DNA of 64,000 nt, from the sequence record HQ630627.1; one strand, given 5' to 3'. This DNA is from Pseudomonas phage PhiPA3. Each line of letters starts with the position of its first letter. Positions within the stretch are counted from its first letter, which is position 1. Below the pieces are notes generated by a model that did no database searches, was not told the DNA's origin, and saw only the letters and a program-made list of their open reading frames with translations. The position numbers were made by a program, and so were the translations under genes. This document shows, in pieces, positions 1 to 9,193 of the stretch.

Positions 1-474
1 ACTGGCGCGAATGAATCCTGCGGTGGGGATAAAGTAAATAACCCCATCGACGATAAACTTGTGCCATTCAAATTTGGTTGGTGCGTTAATCGAGATGGAA
101 TTGATAGGTGTGTAATCCGCAATCTTCAACACCGAATACAATTCACCGACTGTAACAAAGTCAGTTGTCGACTTACCGAAGTAGCCGTACTTGTAATCAC
201 CGAAGAGAATATTCTGACCACCGGGACCAGTATAAGGCATGAAAGATAGAACTTTCTGTTCGCTGAACGAACTACCATCAGGAGACAGACACTCGATGAT
301 GTAATAGTACAGTTGATTACGGACAGCAGTGGTATCATCGTAGTTGCGAACAGCAGCGCCGACTGTTGCCAATGCCGCTGGTAGTGCCGTCACGTCCATG
401 GGTGTGTTACTGCGGTACACTTTATAGCCGGTCGCATTGGGGGCCATACTAGCCCAAGATACTTTAGTACCCAT
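1..474 (-). CDS. structural protein paralog (FN3-like N-terminal domain); only the N-terminal 158 codons are in the window, the 3' end lies beyond the window start
   Basis: Reverse-strand reading frame opens with ATG at 474-472 (MGTKVSWASM...) and stays open to position 1; shares YTGPGGQ, YGYFG and WHKF motifs with 477-1466 and 1478-2449. Confidence 0.5.
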   Translation of the reverse strand, partial: MGTKVSWASMAPNATGYKVYRSNTPMDVTALPAALATVGAAVRNYDDTTAVRNQLYYYIIECLSPDGSSFSEQKVLSFMPYTGPGGQNILFGDYKYGYFGKSTTDFVTVGELYSVLKIADYTPINSISINAPTKFEWHKFIVDGVIYFIPTAGFIRAS

Positions 475-476
475 GA

Positions 477-1466
477 TTAGCTCCCAATGTTAACTACGTT
501 AATCGGCACCATTTCAAGAATTGGGTACCAACCGGCCACAGTGGCGCTCGCGGCGCGGGCGTTTGGTTTACCTGCGGCACTAGCAGTTGACGTGAAGTCA
601 CGGAAAACAACGTTGGTGCCATTGTACTCACGACAGATTACATAGTTTGTGCCGGTCGGCCATGTTAAGTTACCTTGTGCAATGTACGGCGCAATTCGTT
701 CTAGAGAACGGTTGTTTGTGAAGTAGTTACTCAGCGGCATTATGAACATATCAACTGCTGAGTTAGTCAGACGAGAGTCAACGTTTGCCCAAGACCCGAA
801 CGTGGAGTCAACCACATATCCAGCTGGGTCAGCATCGTGTGCAACAATGCCAGTAGGACAGGAAACGATAAACTCATAACCACGGATGGTGACACGTTTG
901 TTCTGGGGTACTTCTGCGGCTGCACCCAGTGGAGTCGGCTTCACAGTGGGTACTTTATCGCCAAACATCAGCCCGGCGTTGTAAATAGTCAACCAGGTAA
1001 AGGTTGTTGTACTAGATACTCGGCGATCAGGGACATAAATCGTTTTCCCTTTATAGGAGAACTTATGCCATTTTTGCAAAGCGTCTGTATCAGCTGTCCA
1101 GGATTGGCCACACGCTGTAATAAGAGCAGCGTTACTGATGAAATCAAGTGGGTTAACGCTACCATAGTAACCGTAGTTTACGTTACCGAAGAGCAGTTTC
1201 TGGGGACCAGGACCGGTGAACGGCAACGCATCAAACGAGAAGACTTTACTCTTACTAACGTCGGTACCTTTTACGGATTCCCACATGTAGTAGTATTTCA
1301 GACCGAACGTGACGTTAGTGTCATCGTAAGTGGTTTCACCATTAGTAAAGGTAACGTATGGAGTACCGGGGTTACTACGATCGATGTTCGACGTACTACG
1401 GTACAGATTGACCGTGACGCCAGCCCCGTTCGGGTTGACCCATTTCAAATGGATTGTGTACGACAT
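477..1466 (-). CDS. structural protein (tail-fiber/receptor-binding-like), FN3-like N-terminal domain + conserved GPGP/WHKF domain
   Basis: 329-aa ORF; N-terminal Y.V.RS...YYY FN3-like pattern; paralogous to the flanking genes. Confidence 0.6.
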   Translation of the reverse strand: MSYTIHLKWVNPNGAGVTVNLYRSTSNIDRSNPGTPYVTFTNGETTYDDTNVTFGLKYYYMWESVKGTDVSKSKVFSFDALPFTGPGPQKLLFGNVNYGYYGSVNPLDFISNAALITACGQSWTADTDALQKWHKFSYKGKTIYVPDRRVSSTTTFTWLTIYNAGLMFGDKVPTVKPTPLGAAAEVPQNKRVTIRGYEFIVSCPTGIVAHDADPAGYVVDSTFGSWANVDSRLTNSAVDMFIMPLSNYFTNNRSLERIAPYIAQGNLTWPTGTNYVICREYNGTNVVFRDFTSTASAAGKPNARAASATVAGWYPILEMVPINVVNIGS

Positions 1467-1477
1467 TAATCGTTACC

Positions 1478-2449
1478 TCAGACAAAAGTATAAGAATCTA
1501 CGATGGTACCGGCTAAAATGTCGGTACCACCACCGACTGTAGAATAGTCGATAAGTGTTTCAGTTGGCGGAGTAATATCGGTGAAGCCCATTACGTAAGC
1601 ATTATTAACGTTCCAGACATCAGTAAGACGTTGTGCAATAGCCTCACCAGTGTAGTCACCCCCAGTGATTTGAGATACCGTACCCTGAGAACCCTGCGGA
1701 AGTGCGTCCACTAATGTGATCGGTACGATCTTCAGATGGTCTTGTGGGATGACTTCCAGCACGGGACGCCAGTTGCCGTTAGCACTGGTAAAGCTGTATA
1801 GGCTACCTACGTACGGCAATGTACCGTTCATCTGGAACCATGGTGCTCCAGCTGACGCTGTTGCTGCTGCCATCCAAAGGATGCTACTTGCACCCAACTG
1901 AGCTGCCGTATAATTACCCCAAGACCCATCGCTAAGCTTAATGAAGATTTTATAAAGCTCAGTCAGATAAGACGTTGTAGAGTTAACTTCCGGTGTGAAC
2001 GGGTTAGCTGGGGCTGTGCCCAGACGCAGCCTAAACTGCCAGTTCTTCCCGTTATTATCTTGCATTGCGTAGATCTTATTCTGTGCAACACTGTACCCAG
2101 CCGGGACGTTTTGTCCAGTGCCATCATCGCCGAAGATAAGTCCTTTATCGTACAGCATTTTCCACGAGACTATGTTAGTCAAAAAACTCATGGGGGTGAA
2201 ACAAACCTTATTTTGATACATGTACTTAATCCACTGTACAGTATTAAAATTGGGGTTTATTTGCGATATCCAGTCTGCAATATCAGCTTGTTCAATAAAA
2301 GCGCTATCCTGATAAATGTCAGACCCATTAATTACCCCGAAAAAACCTAGGGTGGTATCGCCTTTAGCGAGCGTTGTCGGTCCAGGACCAGAGTACGGAA
2401 AGTCCAACGCACTCTTTTTTCCGACCGTACTTAACAGCAATTCAAACAT
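1478..2449 (-). CDS. structural protein paralog lacking the FN3 domain, extended C-terminus
   Basis: 323-aa ORF; FPYSGPGPT..GFFG..WIKY..GLIFGDDG motifs align with 477-1466; RBS gaaggtgaaaaagca before the ATG. Confidence 0.6.
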   Translation of the reverse strand: MFELLLSTVGKKSALDFPYSGPGPTTLAKGDTTLGFFGVINGSDIYQDSAFIEQADIADWISQINPNFNTVQWIKYMYQNKVCFTPMSFLTNIVSWKMLYDKGLIFGDDGTGQNVPAGYSVAQNKIYAMQDNNGKNWQFRLRLGTAPANPFTPEVNSTTSYLTELYKIFIKLSDGSWGNYTAAQLGASSILWMAAATASAGAPWFQMNGTLPYVGSLYSFTSANGNWRPVLEVIPQDHLKIVPITLVDALPQGSQGTVSQITGGDYTGEAIAQRLTDVWNVNNAYVMGFTDITPPTETLIDYSTVGGGTDILAGTIVDSYTFV

Positions 2450-2516
2450 TGCTTTTTCACCTTCAGGTTGCTGTTAGGATTTATCTACTCAATAAATGAA
2501 TACTATACCATTGGAC

Positions 2517-2552
2517 CATTAAATTTTATTTCAAATCTATATTACGTCTTTG
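2517..2552 (+). promoter_or_regulatory. conserved phage promoter-like box (copy 1, TATATTAC core at 2538-2545)
   Basis: 36-nt sequence cattaaattttatttcaaatctatattacgtctttg is identical to 21269-21304; lies 36 nt upstream of the ATG at 2581. Confidence 0.55.
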
Positions 2553-2580
2553 GAGTGCGCGCCAAAGTTAGGAGTTTATA

Positions 2581-3408
2581 ATGTCGTCTGAAGTCCAACC
2601 GAACATTCTCGGTGCACGATATACCCATTGTTTTATTCGTATTACTGGGGACCTGGAAGGAGCACGTTCTTTCTTCTACATTGAGGACGTTGATGGCTTA
2701 GGTTTACGGAAAACTGAAGAGCAACAAGAAGCTAAAGTCTTCCGCAATGATTTCGTGGATACTCTGTGGCTACCTTTGATTAAGAAACACCTGATGGCCA
2801 GCTACGATCGTACTAAAGGTAATCACATCTGGAGTATTCACGTCGTACCTCTGGTAGTTGTTGAAACTGATACTCGCCATTTCCACCTAGAAGTAAACGC
2901 TGATGAATCGGCTGAGTACGTGACTCCAGAAACCGAGATTGATCCGAACAAACTCGTTGTTGCCGAAACGTTCTCTAATGAACATCTCAATGAACTGACG
3001 GTTGAAGGTGAACTCAAACCACTGGATCCAGAATTGCTGTACAGCAATAGCTCGTTCATTGAAAAGAGTATCCGTAGTGTTGCGCAAGTTCCTCCACCTG
3101 ATGCGTTTGAAACCTACGAAGAACATTCAGCTTATGACGTGATCCAAGCATTGCGCCGAGTAGGCGAGTTGTCTAAAGTACAATCAATCACCGGTTCTCA
3201 TCAGCATACCTTCCACATGGAAACCAATGATGAAGGTAGCTTTGTTATTCACAAAGTCAGTATCCCTGGCATTGTATCGCCGACTGAATGGGGCGACCTA
3301 ATCGAGAAAGCAAAAGCATCCGGTTGGTATAACCTGTCTGCCGAGCAGTATGGTAAAGGTTCCGCGACTTACCAGGTTCTAAATCTCTGGCGAAAGCTGG
3401 ACATCTGA
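2581..3408 (+). CDS. hypothetical protein (275 aa)
   Basis: Long ORF directly after the promoter box; RBS-like ggagtt upstream. Confidence 0.6.
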   Translation: MSSEVQPNILGARYTHCFIRITGDLEGARSFFYIEDVDGLGLRKTEEQQEAKVFRNDFVDTLWLPLIKKHLMASYDRTKGNHIWSIHVVPLVVVETDTRHFHLEVNADESAEYVTPETEIDPNKLVVAETFSNEHLNELTVEGELKPLDPELLYSNSSFIEKSIRSVAQVPPPDAFETYEEHSAYDVIQALRRVGELSKVQSITGSHQHTFHMETNDEGSFVIHKVSIPGIVSPTEWGDLIEKAKASGWYNLSAEQYGKGSATYQVLNLWRKLDI

Positions 3409-3443
3409 CAGATCGTATGTAACTAACCCATTGAGGCATTATA

Positions 3444-3815
3444 ATGGCTTTCCCGACGTACGAATCTCTGCTAGATATCATTCAAGCAGATCAACCTGAT
3501 TACGCTACCATGCTTGCTGCTTTGCAAGCTGACATGGCAGACAATGACAAGGTGCTGGCCGGCTATCGCGTCCTCACCAAAGGCAACAAAGCGAGCCACG
3601 GTTTTGCTTTTCATGTCAAGGGCTGGTTCAGTGCCGCTGACTTGAAACAACTCAAAACCGATGTAGAAGCCGGTGGCGATATGACGATCTTTGAAACTAC
3701 GGCGTTCCAATGTCCAATGCCGCCCAACAGTGCTACGTTACCGCTGGCAGCTGAGGACAGTGTAGGTTATTCAACTACCCGCTGGACTCGTGTGATCCTG
3801 ACTGCCAAAGAGTGA
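3444..3815 (+). CDS. hypothetical protein (123 aa)
   Basis: ORF ends 6 nt before terminator hairpin 3822. Confidence 0.55.
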   Translation: MAFPTYESLLDIIQADQPDYATMLAALQADMADNDKVLAGYRVLTKGNKASHGFAFHVKGWFSAADLKQLKTDVEAGGDMTIFETTAFQCPMPPNSATLPLAAEDSVGYSTTRWTRVILTAKE

Positions 3816-3821
3816 TAAAAC

Positions 3822-3848
3822 GCCTCCCTTCGGGGAGGCCTTTATTTC
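3822..3848 (+). terminator. rho-independent terminator (UUCG tetraloop)
   Basis: gcctccc-ttcg-gggaggc followed by ctttatttc. Confidence 0.7.
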
Positions 3849-3860
3849 GCAAGGAAGATT

Positions 3861-4307
3861 ATGACTTGGGATAAAGAGTTCCTGAACACCATGAGTAAGG
3901 AAGAAGCTTTCCGACTCTTGGATGCTCAAGGTAAGTTCCGCAAGGATTTACAAAAGAGCCGTTATTGGATGCTTGATGAATCCACCGGGGAGTACGGTTG
4001 GTTCTGGGACATTCAAGGCGTTAAACCAAGGATCGTGGCGGCCTGTAACCGTTGGAAGGATGTGTATTTCATCGCCTCTCGTCATTCCTCCGACGTGATG
4101 ACCACACAGCAACTGTTATACGGCGGTATCCACGTTCTCCATGAATACGCAGGAGAAGATCACGATCAAGGTTTCATCGACCAGTTCGATGTATTCCACA
4201 CTCGTGAACAGGCTGCAATCATCGCTAAGGAAAACGGACAACTGTTCCGTGCCGATCGTGATGATCGCCACGTGGGTAATAATCTCTTCTCCGAAGATCT
4301 CTACTAG
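3861..4307 (+). CDS. hypothetical protein (148 aa)
   Basis: ORF with RBS caaggaag upstream. Confidence 0.55.
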   Translation: MTWDKEFLNTMSKEEAFRLLDAQGKFRKDLQKSRYWMLDESTGEYGWFWDIQGVKPRIVAACNRWKDVYFIASRHSSDVMTTQQLLYGGIHVLHEYAGEDHDQGFIDQFDVFHTREQAAIIAKENGQLFRADRDDRHVGNNLFSEDLY

Positions 4308-4471
4308 GTAAATCCATGACCATCAACAACAAACGACCATCTCATTTCCGAGCTGACATTATTTTCCATGGGATCAACCTGATCCTAGAGAAATGTGCAG
4401 ATCTCTGCGATCGGTAGTAAACCCGGTCAGATGTTCGTACACCTGCAAAAGACAAGCGTAACGAGTTCCAA

Positions 4472-4747
4472 GTGATCCATACCAATTCCCCCATCCTCCT
4501 TAACCTACAGGACCAAGGACGAATTGTGCTGGAGTTCGATCGGACGAATCCCGATTGCCCTCTGTTGAAATACCCTGACGATGACATGGTTATCCTGGCC
4601 ATCGTTAAGGCTGCAAAGATTCACGTTGATAAACCGTTCATGTTCCTCGATCAACTCGAAGAAGAATTCGGCTACCGACTCAACTGGAGCTCTGGATTGT
4701 TCGATGAGACCAAGGACATCACCAGTATCGAACTGCGGAAACACTAA
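4472..4747 (+). CDS. hypothetical protein; start uncertain (GTG 4472, or GTG 4526 which has a better RBS)
   Basis: ORF track M is actually GTG; aagga RBS sits before the internal GTG at 4526. Confidence 0.35.
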   Translation: MIHTNSPILLNLQDQGRIVLEFDRTNPDCPLLKYPDDDMVILAIVKAAKIHVDKPFMFLDQLEEEFGYRLNWSSGLFDETKDITSIELRKH

Positions 4748-4778
4748 TTTCGCTGATATCAGCAACTAGGATATTCCA

Positions 4779-5171
4779 ATGCAGATTAACACTCCCGCTG
4801 AAGTTTACAACCTGATCAAATTCGCCAAGGCTAATCCAACTATTACTGAAGAAGACTATTATCTGAAACGGTCATTGATGTTGGCTGTCGAAGAAGCTCT
4901 CAGTAATCCAGCTACAGTGGAGCGCTGTCAGTTCACCAAGGATCATTGGGGGCACTCGGGCATTGGCGTTGAACTAGAGTTCACGATCAGTCGACATTAC
5001 ATTCAACCAGAAGCGGTTGATATGATCAAACAGGCACTGCGTGACAGTGGTTGGCCTTATGTTGACCTCACCCAGATCAAACGGTTTGACATGAATAACG
5101 GTCCATCTAAGTACACTGTCAAGATCACTCTGGCTAATAAGCCGCTGGAGAACAATGGAACAGTATCCTGA
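4779..5171 (+). CDS. hypothetical protein (130 aa)
   Basis: ORF with aggatattccaATG context. Confidence 0.5.
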   Translation: MQINTPAEVYNLIKFAKANPTITEEDYYLKRSLMLAVEEALSNPATVERCQFTKDHWGHSGIGVELEFTISRHYIQPEAVDMIKQALRDSGWPYVDLTQIKRFDMNNGPSKYTVKITLANKPLENNGTVS

Positions 5172-5340
5172 TATCGATGAGTGGAATAATCCCGATTGGG
5201 AAGCTGGTGGTCGGATCCACAACTGGCGGCGTTACGCCGGGCAGGATCTTCGTTTGGTGTGGAATACGTTCTCACTGGACCAGAAACAAGCCATCTACAA
5301 AACACTCGATGAAGTAGCTGGTAACGAACACTGGGATTAA
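5155..5340 (+). CDS. small hypothetical protein (61 aa)
   Basis: ORF overlapping the upstream stop by 17 nt; ggagaacaATG context. Confidence 0.35.
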   Translation: MEQYPDIDEWNNPDWEAGGRIHNWRRYAGQDLRLVWNTFSLDQKQAIYKTLDEVAGNEHWD

Positions 5341-5411
5341 GGAGTCTAGCATGCCAGTCTATGAACAGGTCTATACGCGATTTAGTAGATAGTGCCAAAG
5401 GAGGCAATCTC

Positions 5412-5573
5412 ATGTCGCGTAGTTCCCATTCAAAACATCAGTGGTCCAAAGAATTTTGGTCCCGTCGTCCAATGCGTTATTTCATCTCCTGTAAATGGGC
5501 TAAGGTGAAATGCCACCGGATCGAAAGGATGGAAGAGCGTAAACTCATCCATACCGAAATGCAACAGCTGTAA
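5412..5573 (+). CDS. small basic protein (53 aa)
   Basis: Strong RBS aaggagg 7 nt before ATG 5412; ORF ends 4 nt before terminator 5578. Confidence 0.4.
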   Translation: MSRSSHSKHQWSKEFWSRRPMRYFISCKWAKVKCHRIERMEERKLIHTEMQQL

Positions 5574-5577
5574 AATA

Positions 5578-5606
5578 GTGGGAGGCTTCGGCCTCCCACT
5601 TATTCC
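5578..5606 (+). terminator. rho-independent terminator (UUCG tetraloop)
   Basis: gtgggaggc-ttcg-gcctcccac + ttattcc. Confidence 0.7.
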
Positions 5607-5623
5607 ATCTCAAGGTGAATACA

Positions 5624-6058
5624 ATGGCTATCCCAAGTCCACAACAGGTATACCAACACGATAAACTGTTGGATCGTCAGTACCAACAGGTAGAAGATTA
5701 CCTCGTTGAATTCATGCACGATGATAAAAGAATGAATGAGGTTCTCCACAGGAACACCAGTTATCGTCATGGTCAGGAAGTGGTGTACAGCATCCCAGTT
5801 CCAATGAGCCGCTTCCCTTTCATGGACGAGATCTATGGCGCTCGTTTAGTGAAAGCATTCAAGGTTGCCGGCTGGAACGCCGAGTATAAGGCCGTCGATA
5901 TGGAATCGACAATGCGACTGGCATCGGCAGGCAATGCTGTAATTGAAGGCGACTCCTATTTCCACATCTATCGTCCTAAGGAATCTCTGAGTGAAGAACT
6001 CCTGGTCCGACTCTTCAATGAACACTCACCCATCGTTGTTTGTGCGCCTCATCGATAA
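5624..6058 (+). CDS. hypothetical protein (144 aa)
   Basis: ATG preceded by the conserved aggtgaatacaATG context. Confidence 0.5.
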   Translation: MAIPSPQQVYQHDKLLDRQYQQVEDYLVEFMHDDKRMNEVLHRNTSYRHGQEVVYSIPVPMSRFPFMDEIYGARLVKAFKVAGWNAEYKAVDMESTMRLASAGNAVIEGDSYFHIYRPKESLSEELLVRLFNEHSPIVVCAPHR

Positions 6059-6383
6059 ATCGAAAATTGAGGGTATCCTAACGAGTATTAGAGAGCGGGG
6101 AATCAATGAGGGTGACACGGTATACGCTAGACACCTGATTGGTCGTAAGGCTTGCTGTGAAGCCCCAGCTGCTCTGTTTTGTCGTCGTAACGATGTGCTT
6201 ATCGTTACTGGAATAGAAGTTGACAGTACCGGTAAGATCTGGTACAGGGTACGACATGCTAAAGGAACTGGCGAATGGTCGGTTGGCTTTCGTGATATCA
6301 CGAAGATGAAACCATTTAGCCACAACTACAGCGACGAACAGAAGTACTACGATTCTCAGCGTGAACAAGATTACGTGGGGTAG
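6018..6383 (+). CDS. hypothetical protein (about 121 aa); start uncertain and overlaps the upstream gene
   Basis: ORF 5991-6383; first ATG at 6018. Confidence 0.4.
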   Translation: MNTHPSLFVRLIDKSKIEGILTSIRERGINEGDTVYARHLIGRKACCEAPAALFCRRNDVLIVTGIEVDSTGKIWYRVRHAKGTGEWSVGFRDITKMKPFSHNYSDEQKYYDSQREQDYVG

Positions 6384-6386
6384 TAA

Positions 6387-6941
6387 ATGAAAGAGAACCG
6401 CGATAAACATCAAGTAGTCATGGCCACTGAGGTGTTTAACCGTCTATTGGCTTTTGCCGAAGATGGCGCAAAGATGGCTGGGGTTAGCTTGGCTGATGAC
6501 AAGCGACATATCCGTAAGTTCAATCTTCACTTACATCAACAACGTATCCAAGAAGTTGCCGAAGATGATCGGCAACGACGAGAATGGTACAAGCGCGCCA
6601 AGGAAATCGTTAATAAACACCGGGGTGAGCAGATTGTTTACCATGACGGTAAAGGTCACTACCGTTATGTCAAGGTCATCGGTTTAGGTAAACCCAAACA
6701 CATGCTTCGGGTAGGTCACAATGTAGTCGACCAATCGGTGATCGATCAGCAGAGTACGCCCCATAATTACAAGCATGACTGCTGGGTTGCTGAAGTACCA
6801 GTGTGGCAGCTGGGTGGTAGCATACCGGATGATTACAAAATGATGTTCTCTGGCCCGTACACCGGTTGGTGGGTTTCCCCCGAGCGGAAAGCCGTACTGG
6901 AATCGTGCCAGTCGCTGGTAGTGAGCCTCTGGTATGATTAA
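6387..6941 (+). CDS. hypothetical protein, paralog family A copy 1
   Basis: 184 aa; aligns with 9194-9787 (HQVVMATEVFNRLLAFA vs QQVILSLEMYNTLLAMA; RKFN; NKH.G). Confidence 0.55.
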   Translation: MKENRDKHQVVMATEVFNRLLAFAEDGAKMAGVSLADDKRHIRKFNLHLHQQRIQEVAEDDRQRREWYKRAKEIVNKHRGEQIVYHDGKGHYRYVKVIGLGKPKHMLRVGHNVVDQSVIDQQSTPHNYKHDCWVAEVPVWQLGGSIPDDYKMMFSGPYTGWWVSPERKAVLESCQSLVVSLWYD

Positions 6942-7194
6942 CCCAGCACATCATCCGCTGGCTCCTGTGACCAGTCATAAGCTCTTCGACATTTTCAGGA
7001 AATGTGCGGAAACGTCAAAAGGTAGATGGCGTAATCTACAGGAGTCTAAAGGGTATATTAGCCTCACCATACCCCACCAGGACTACAATGCGTATTTCTG
7101 GGAACTCATTAGTCTGTATAAGTGTCGGATAGTTCATACACATTCAGTTAATGAACAATTCATTGATATCGTGATCTCTAAAGAATCGGAGTGA
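6934..7194 (+). CDS. hypothetical protein (86 aa)
   Basis: ORF overlapping the upstream stop. Confidence 0.4.
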   Translation: MINPAHHPLAPVTSHKLFDIFRKCAETSKGRWRNLQESKGYISLTIPHQDYNAYFWELISLYKCRIVHTHSVNEQFIDIVISKESE

Positions 7195-7197
7195 ACC

Positions 7198-7851
7198 ATG
7201 GACCGTAAGGGTTACGTTGCAATAGTCGAGTCACGCACTGTTCCCGAAACTGTACTGGAGCTGATGATTCGACTGGGACGTACTCACACGGACCATGGTT
7301 GGGCTGTTAGTTCTGGTGACGCCTACGACTCCGATCGTGCAGGTTGGTACGGCGCTGTGCAGTCGAAACACTACGATACAGTGGGTTCACGGATCTACCT
7401 GGCCAGTGGTACTGGTCGGAACTGGTATCGTATCCGTGACCATAAGAACTTCATGGATGCAACTCAGTTTACCGATACGTGGGCTGATGCTCGTGCAATG
7501 GCTATAACGGCGAGGGGTTCTTTCGGAGGACTGAATGAATTTTGTCAGGCGTTGCACACCCGTAACGTTTACCAAATTCATGGACATACCCTAGATGAAC
7601 TGGTAGAGCGCCTGTTCTATTACGCTAAACCCATAGGGAAACGTGAGAATGAACGAGTTGACGGTGGCACTAATACCGCTTTGCGTTTGAGCGTAATGGC
7701 GGGTGTACCCATCCGAAAGAATCTCTACTTCGAAGATGATCGTCAGTGGTGCCTTGATTGGCTAGCTGAAAATGAACTGGACTACCCTTATCAGGAGATT
7801 GATTGGAATGCAATCCATAACCCACGCGACCCAAGAGTCCTCGATTTCTGA
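7198..7851 (+). CDS. hypothetical protein with possible SLOG/LOG-like Rossmann motifs (217 aa)
   Basis: YLASGTGRN (GxGxxG-like) and ARGSFGGLNEF (GGxGT.EE-like) motifs; weak assignment. Confidence 0.5.
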   Translation: MDRKGYVAIVESRTVPETVLELMIRLGRTHTDHGWAVSSGDAYDSDRAGWYGAVQSKHYDTVGSRIYLASGTGRNWYRIRDHKNFMDATQFTDTWADARAMAITARGSFGGLNEFCQALHTRNVYQIHGHTLDELVERLFYYAKPIGKRENERVDGGTNTALRLSVMAGVPIRKNLYFEDDRQWCLDWLAENELDYPYQEIDWNAIHNPRDPRVLDF

Positions 7852-7896
7852 ACGTGGTATTTTATCACAAGAAGTTCTGGATGGAGTGAAGACGCT

Positions 7897-8256
7897 GTGA
7901 AGGACTCTAAGCTAAAAGATCCTACCCCTGTGCTGGATTTCATTGCCAGTATCCATGCCCCACTGAAAATTAAAAACGGATTGGTAGCTGACAATATCGA
8001 ACACCGCGTGAGAGAATCGATGCGGAGCATGCTCTGCGATATAGGTGCCCGTAACGAGAAATTCGCGCACCACATCATCGATCGGATTCGGTTGGAGGAA
8101 GCAGATCGGGATGAACGTATCCAGTTCGACCGTAATATTCGATCCAAGTCCATGGATGAGTTGATGGTGTGGGCTAACGTTCAGCTGTGCATCATTGGGG
8201 GTGCACCTGCAACACTCGCTATTGATAAAGCCTGTAGGAGGTTGATGTGGGCTTGA
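7897..8256 (+). CDS. hypothetical protein (119 aa)
   Basis: ORF. Confidence 0.45.
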   Translation: MKDSKLKDPTPVLDFIASIHAPLKIKNGLVADNIEHRVRESMRSMLCDIGARNEKFAHHIIDRIRLEEADRDERIQFDRNIRSKSMDELMVWANVQLCIIGGAPATLAIDKACRRLMWA

Positions 8257-8597
8257 ACGTTTCTCGCAATAAACTGTTCCGGATGGTGAGCATTATCCGT
8301 CGGCAAGTTCCGGTAGCTGCCCATCCGGTTCAGGAATACGAGGCTACCATTGAAACGCAGATGTTGGAGCGTATCTCTGGTAAACCACGTTGGATGAAAG
8401 CTCAGACCATTAAAATGTCAGATGCTTACGCCAAGCGGCTAATGGATAAGCTGACATATTTACCTCCACCGGGTTACGATCTGGCGAAGATACAGGAATA
8501 TAAGCCAGTGGAAATCGATCCATGCTTTAAACGGTTTAATACGGATATTTCCGTTCGAATTGAACCTCACTACAACGCAATCCTTAAAGGTGTGTAA
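8247..8597 (+). CDS. hypothetical protein (116 aa), GTG start
   Basis: GTG at 8247 overlaps the upstream stop; aggaggttgatGTG RBS. Confidence 0.45.
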   Translation: MGLNVSRNKLFRMVSIIRRQVPVAAHPVQEYEATIETQMLERISGKPRWMKAQTIKMSDAYAKRLMDKLTYLPPPGYDLAKIQEYKPVEIDPCFKRFNTDISVRIEPHYNAILKGV

Positions 8598-9184
8598 TGA
8601 ACAAGTCTAAGATTCCGGTAGTGGTTCCTGATTTCGCATTGGATGCTCCGAAGCCGGCGGCATGGCATAGTCCAGTGGTATTCCGTCAAGGTCAGTCCAT
8701 GGGCAAATCAACCGATGGTGATCAAGTTTTTAATGACTACTTAAACCACGTTTATATGCCAGCGTACCATGATCTTATTAATGGCCGCCTTAACGGTGGT
8801 CTTAAACATGGTGAGCTCTTCGTACTACAACATGGCTTGAATGTCGGCTCCGGTCGCCATAACCCCAACAAAACGAACCTCTACGCAGAACGTCTTATGG
8901 CCGAGCGTTTTGCACAGCAGAACAAACTGCGGGAACTGGAAGGCAGTCCTATTCCGGAGGTTCGTAAGAACCCGGTCACCGCTGCTGTACAGATGGTCGT
9001 TCAAGGTCGCTTGTCTGCACTGCGTGACTGGTTTGAAACCAAGCACGAAATGTGGATCACTTGGATCAATGGCTTGGTAGCTTCGGGTCTGGTACATCGT
9101 ACCAACGAAGGTAACAGTATCTACTGGTACGACATTGAAGGTAATATGTCAGAACTGCTCGATCCCAACAAAGTTTATTGCTAA
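8597..9184 (+). CDS. hypothetical protein, paralog family B copy 1 (195 aa)
   Basis: ATGA overlap with upstream; aligns with 9797-10263 (KIPVVVPDFALDAPKP vs RIPVVIPDYVLDAPKP; VVQGRL; DPNK.YC). Confidence 0.55.
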   Translation: MNKSKIPVVVPDFALDAPKPAAWHSPVVFRQGQSMGKSTDGDQVFNDYLNHVYMPAYHDLINGRLNGGLKHGELFVLQHGLNVGSGRHNPNKTNLYAERLMAERFAQQNKLRELEGSPIPEVRKNPVTAAVQMVVQGRLSALRDWFETKHEMWITWINGLVASGLVHRTNEGNSIYWYDIEGNMSELLDPNKVYC

Positions 9185-9193
9185 GGACTCAAC

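Noticed and set aside
2450-2516. Possible minus-strand promoter (ggtatagtattca) for the structural genes
   Set aside because: It resembles the TATATTAC core only loosely (two mismatches). It cannot be told apart from chance AT-rich sequence without transcription start site data.
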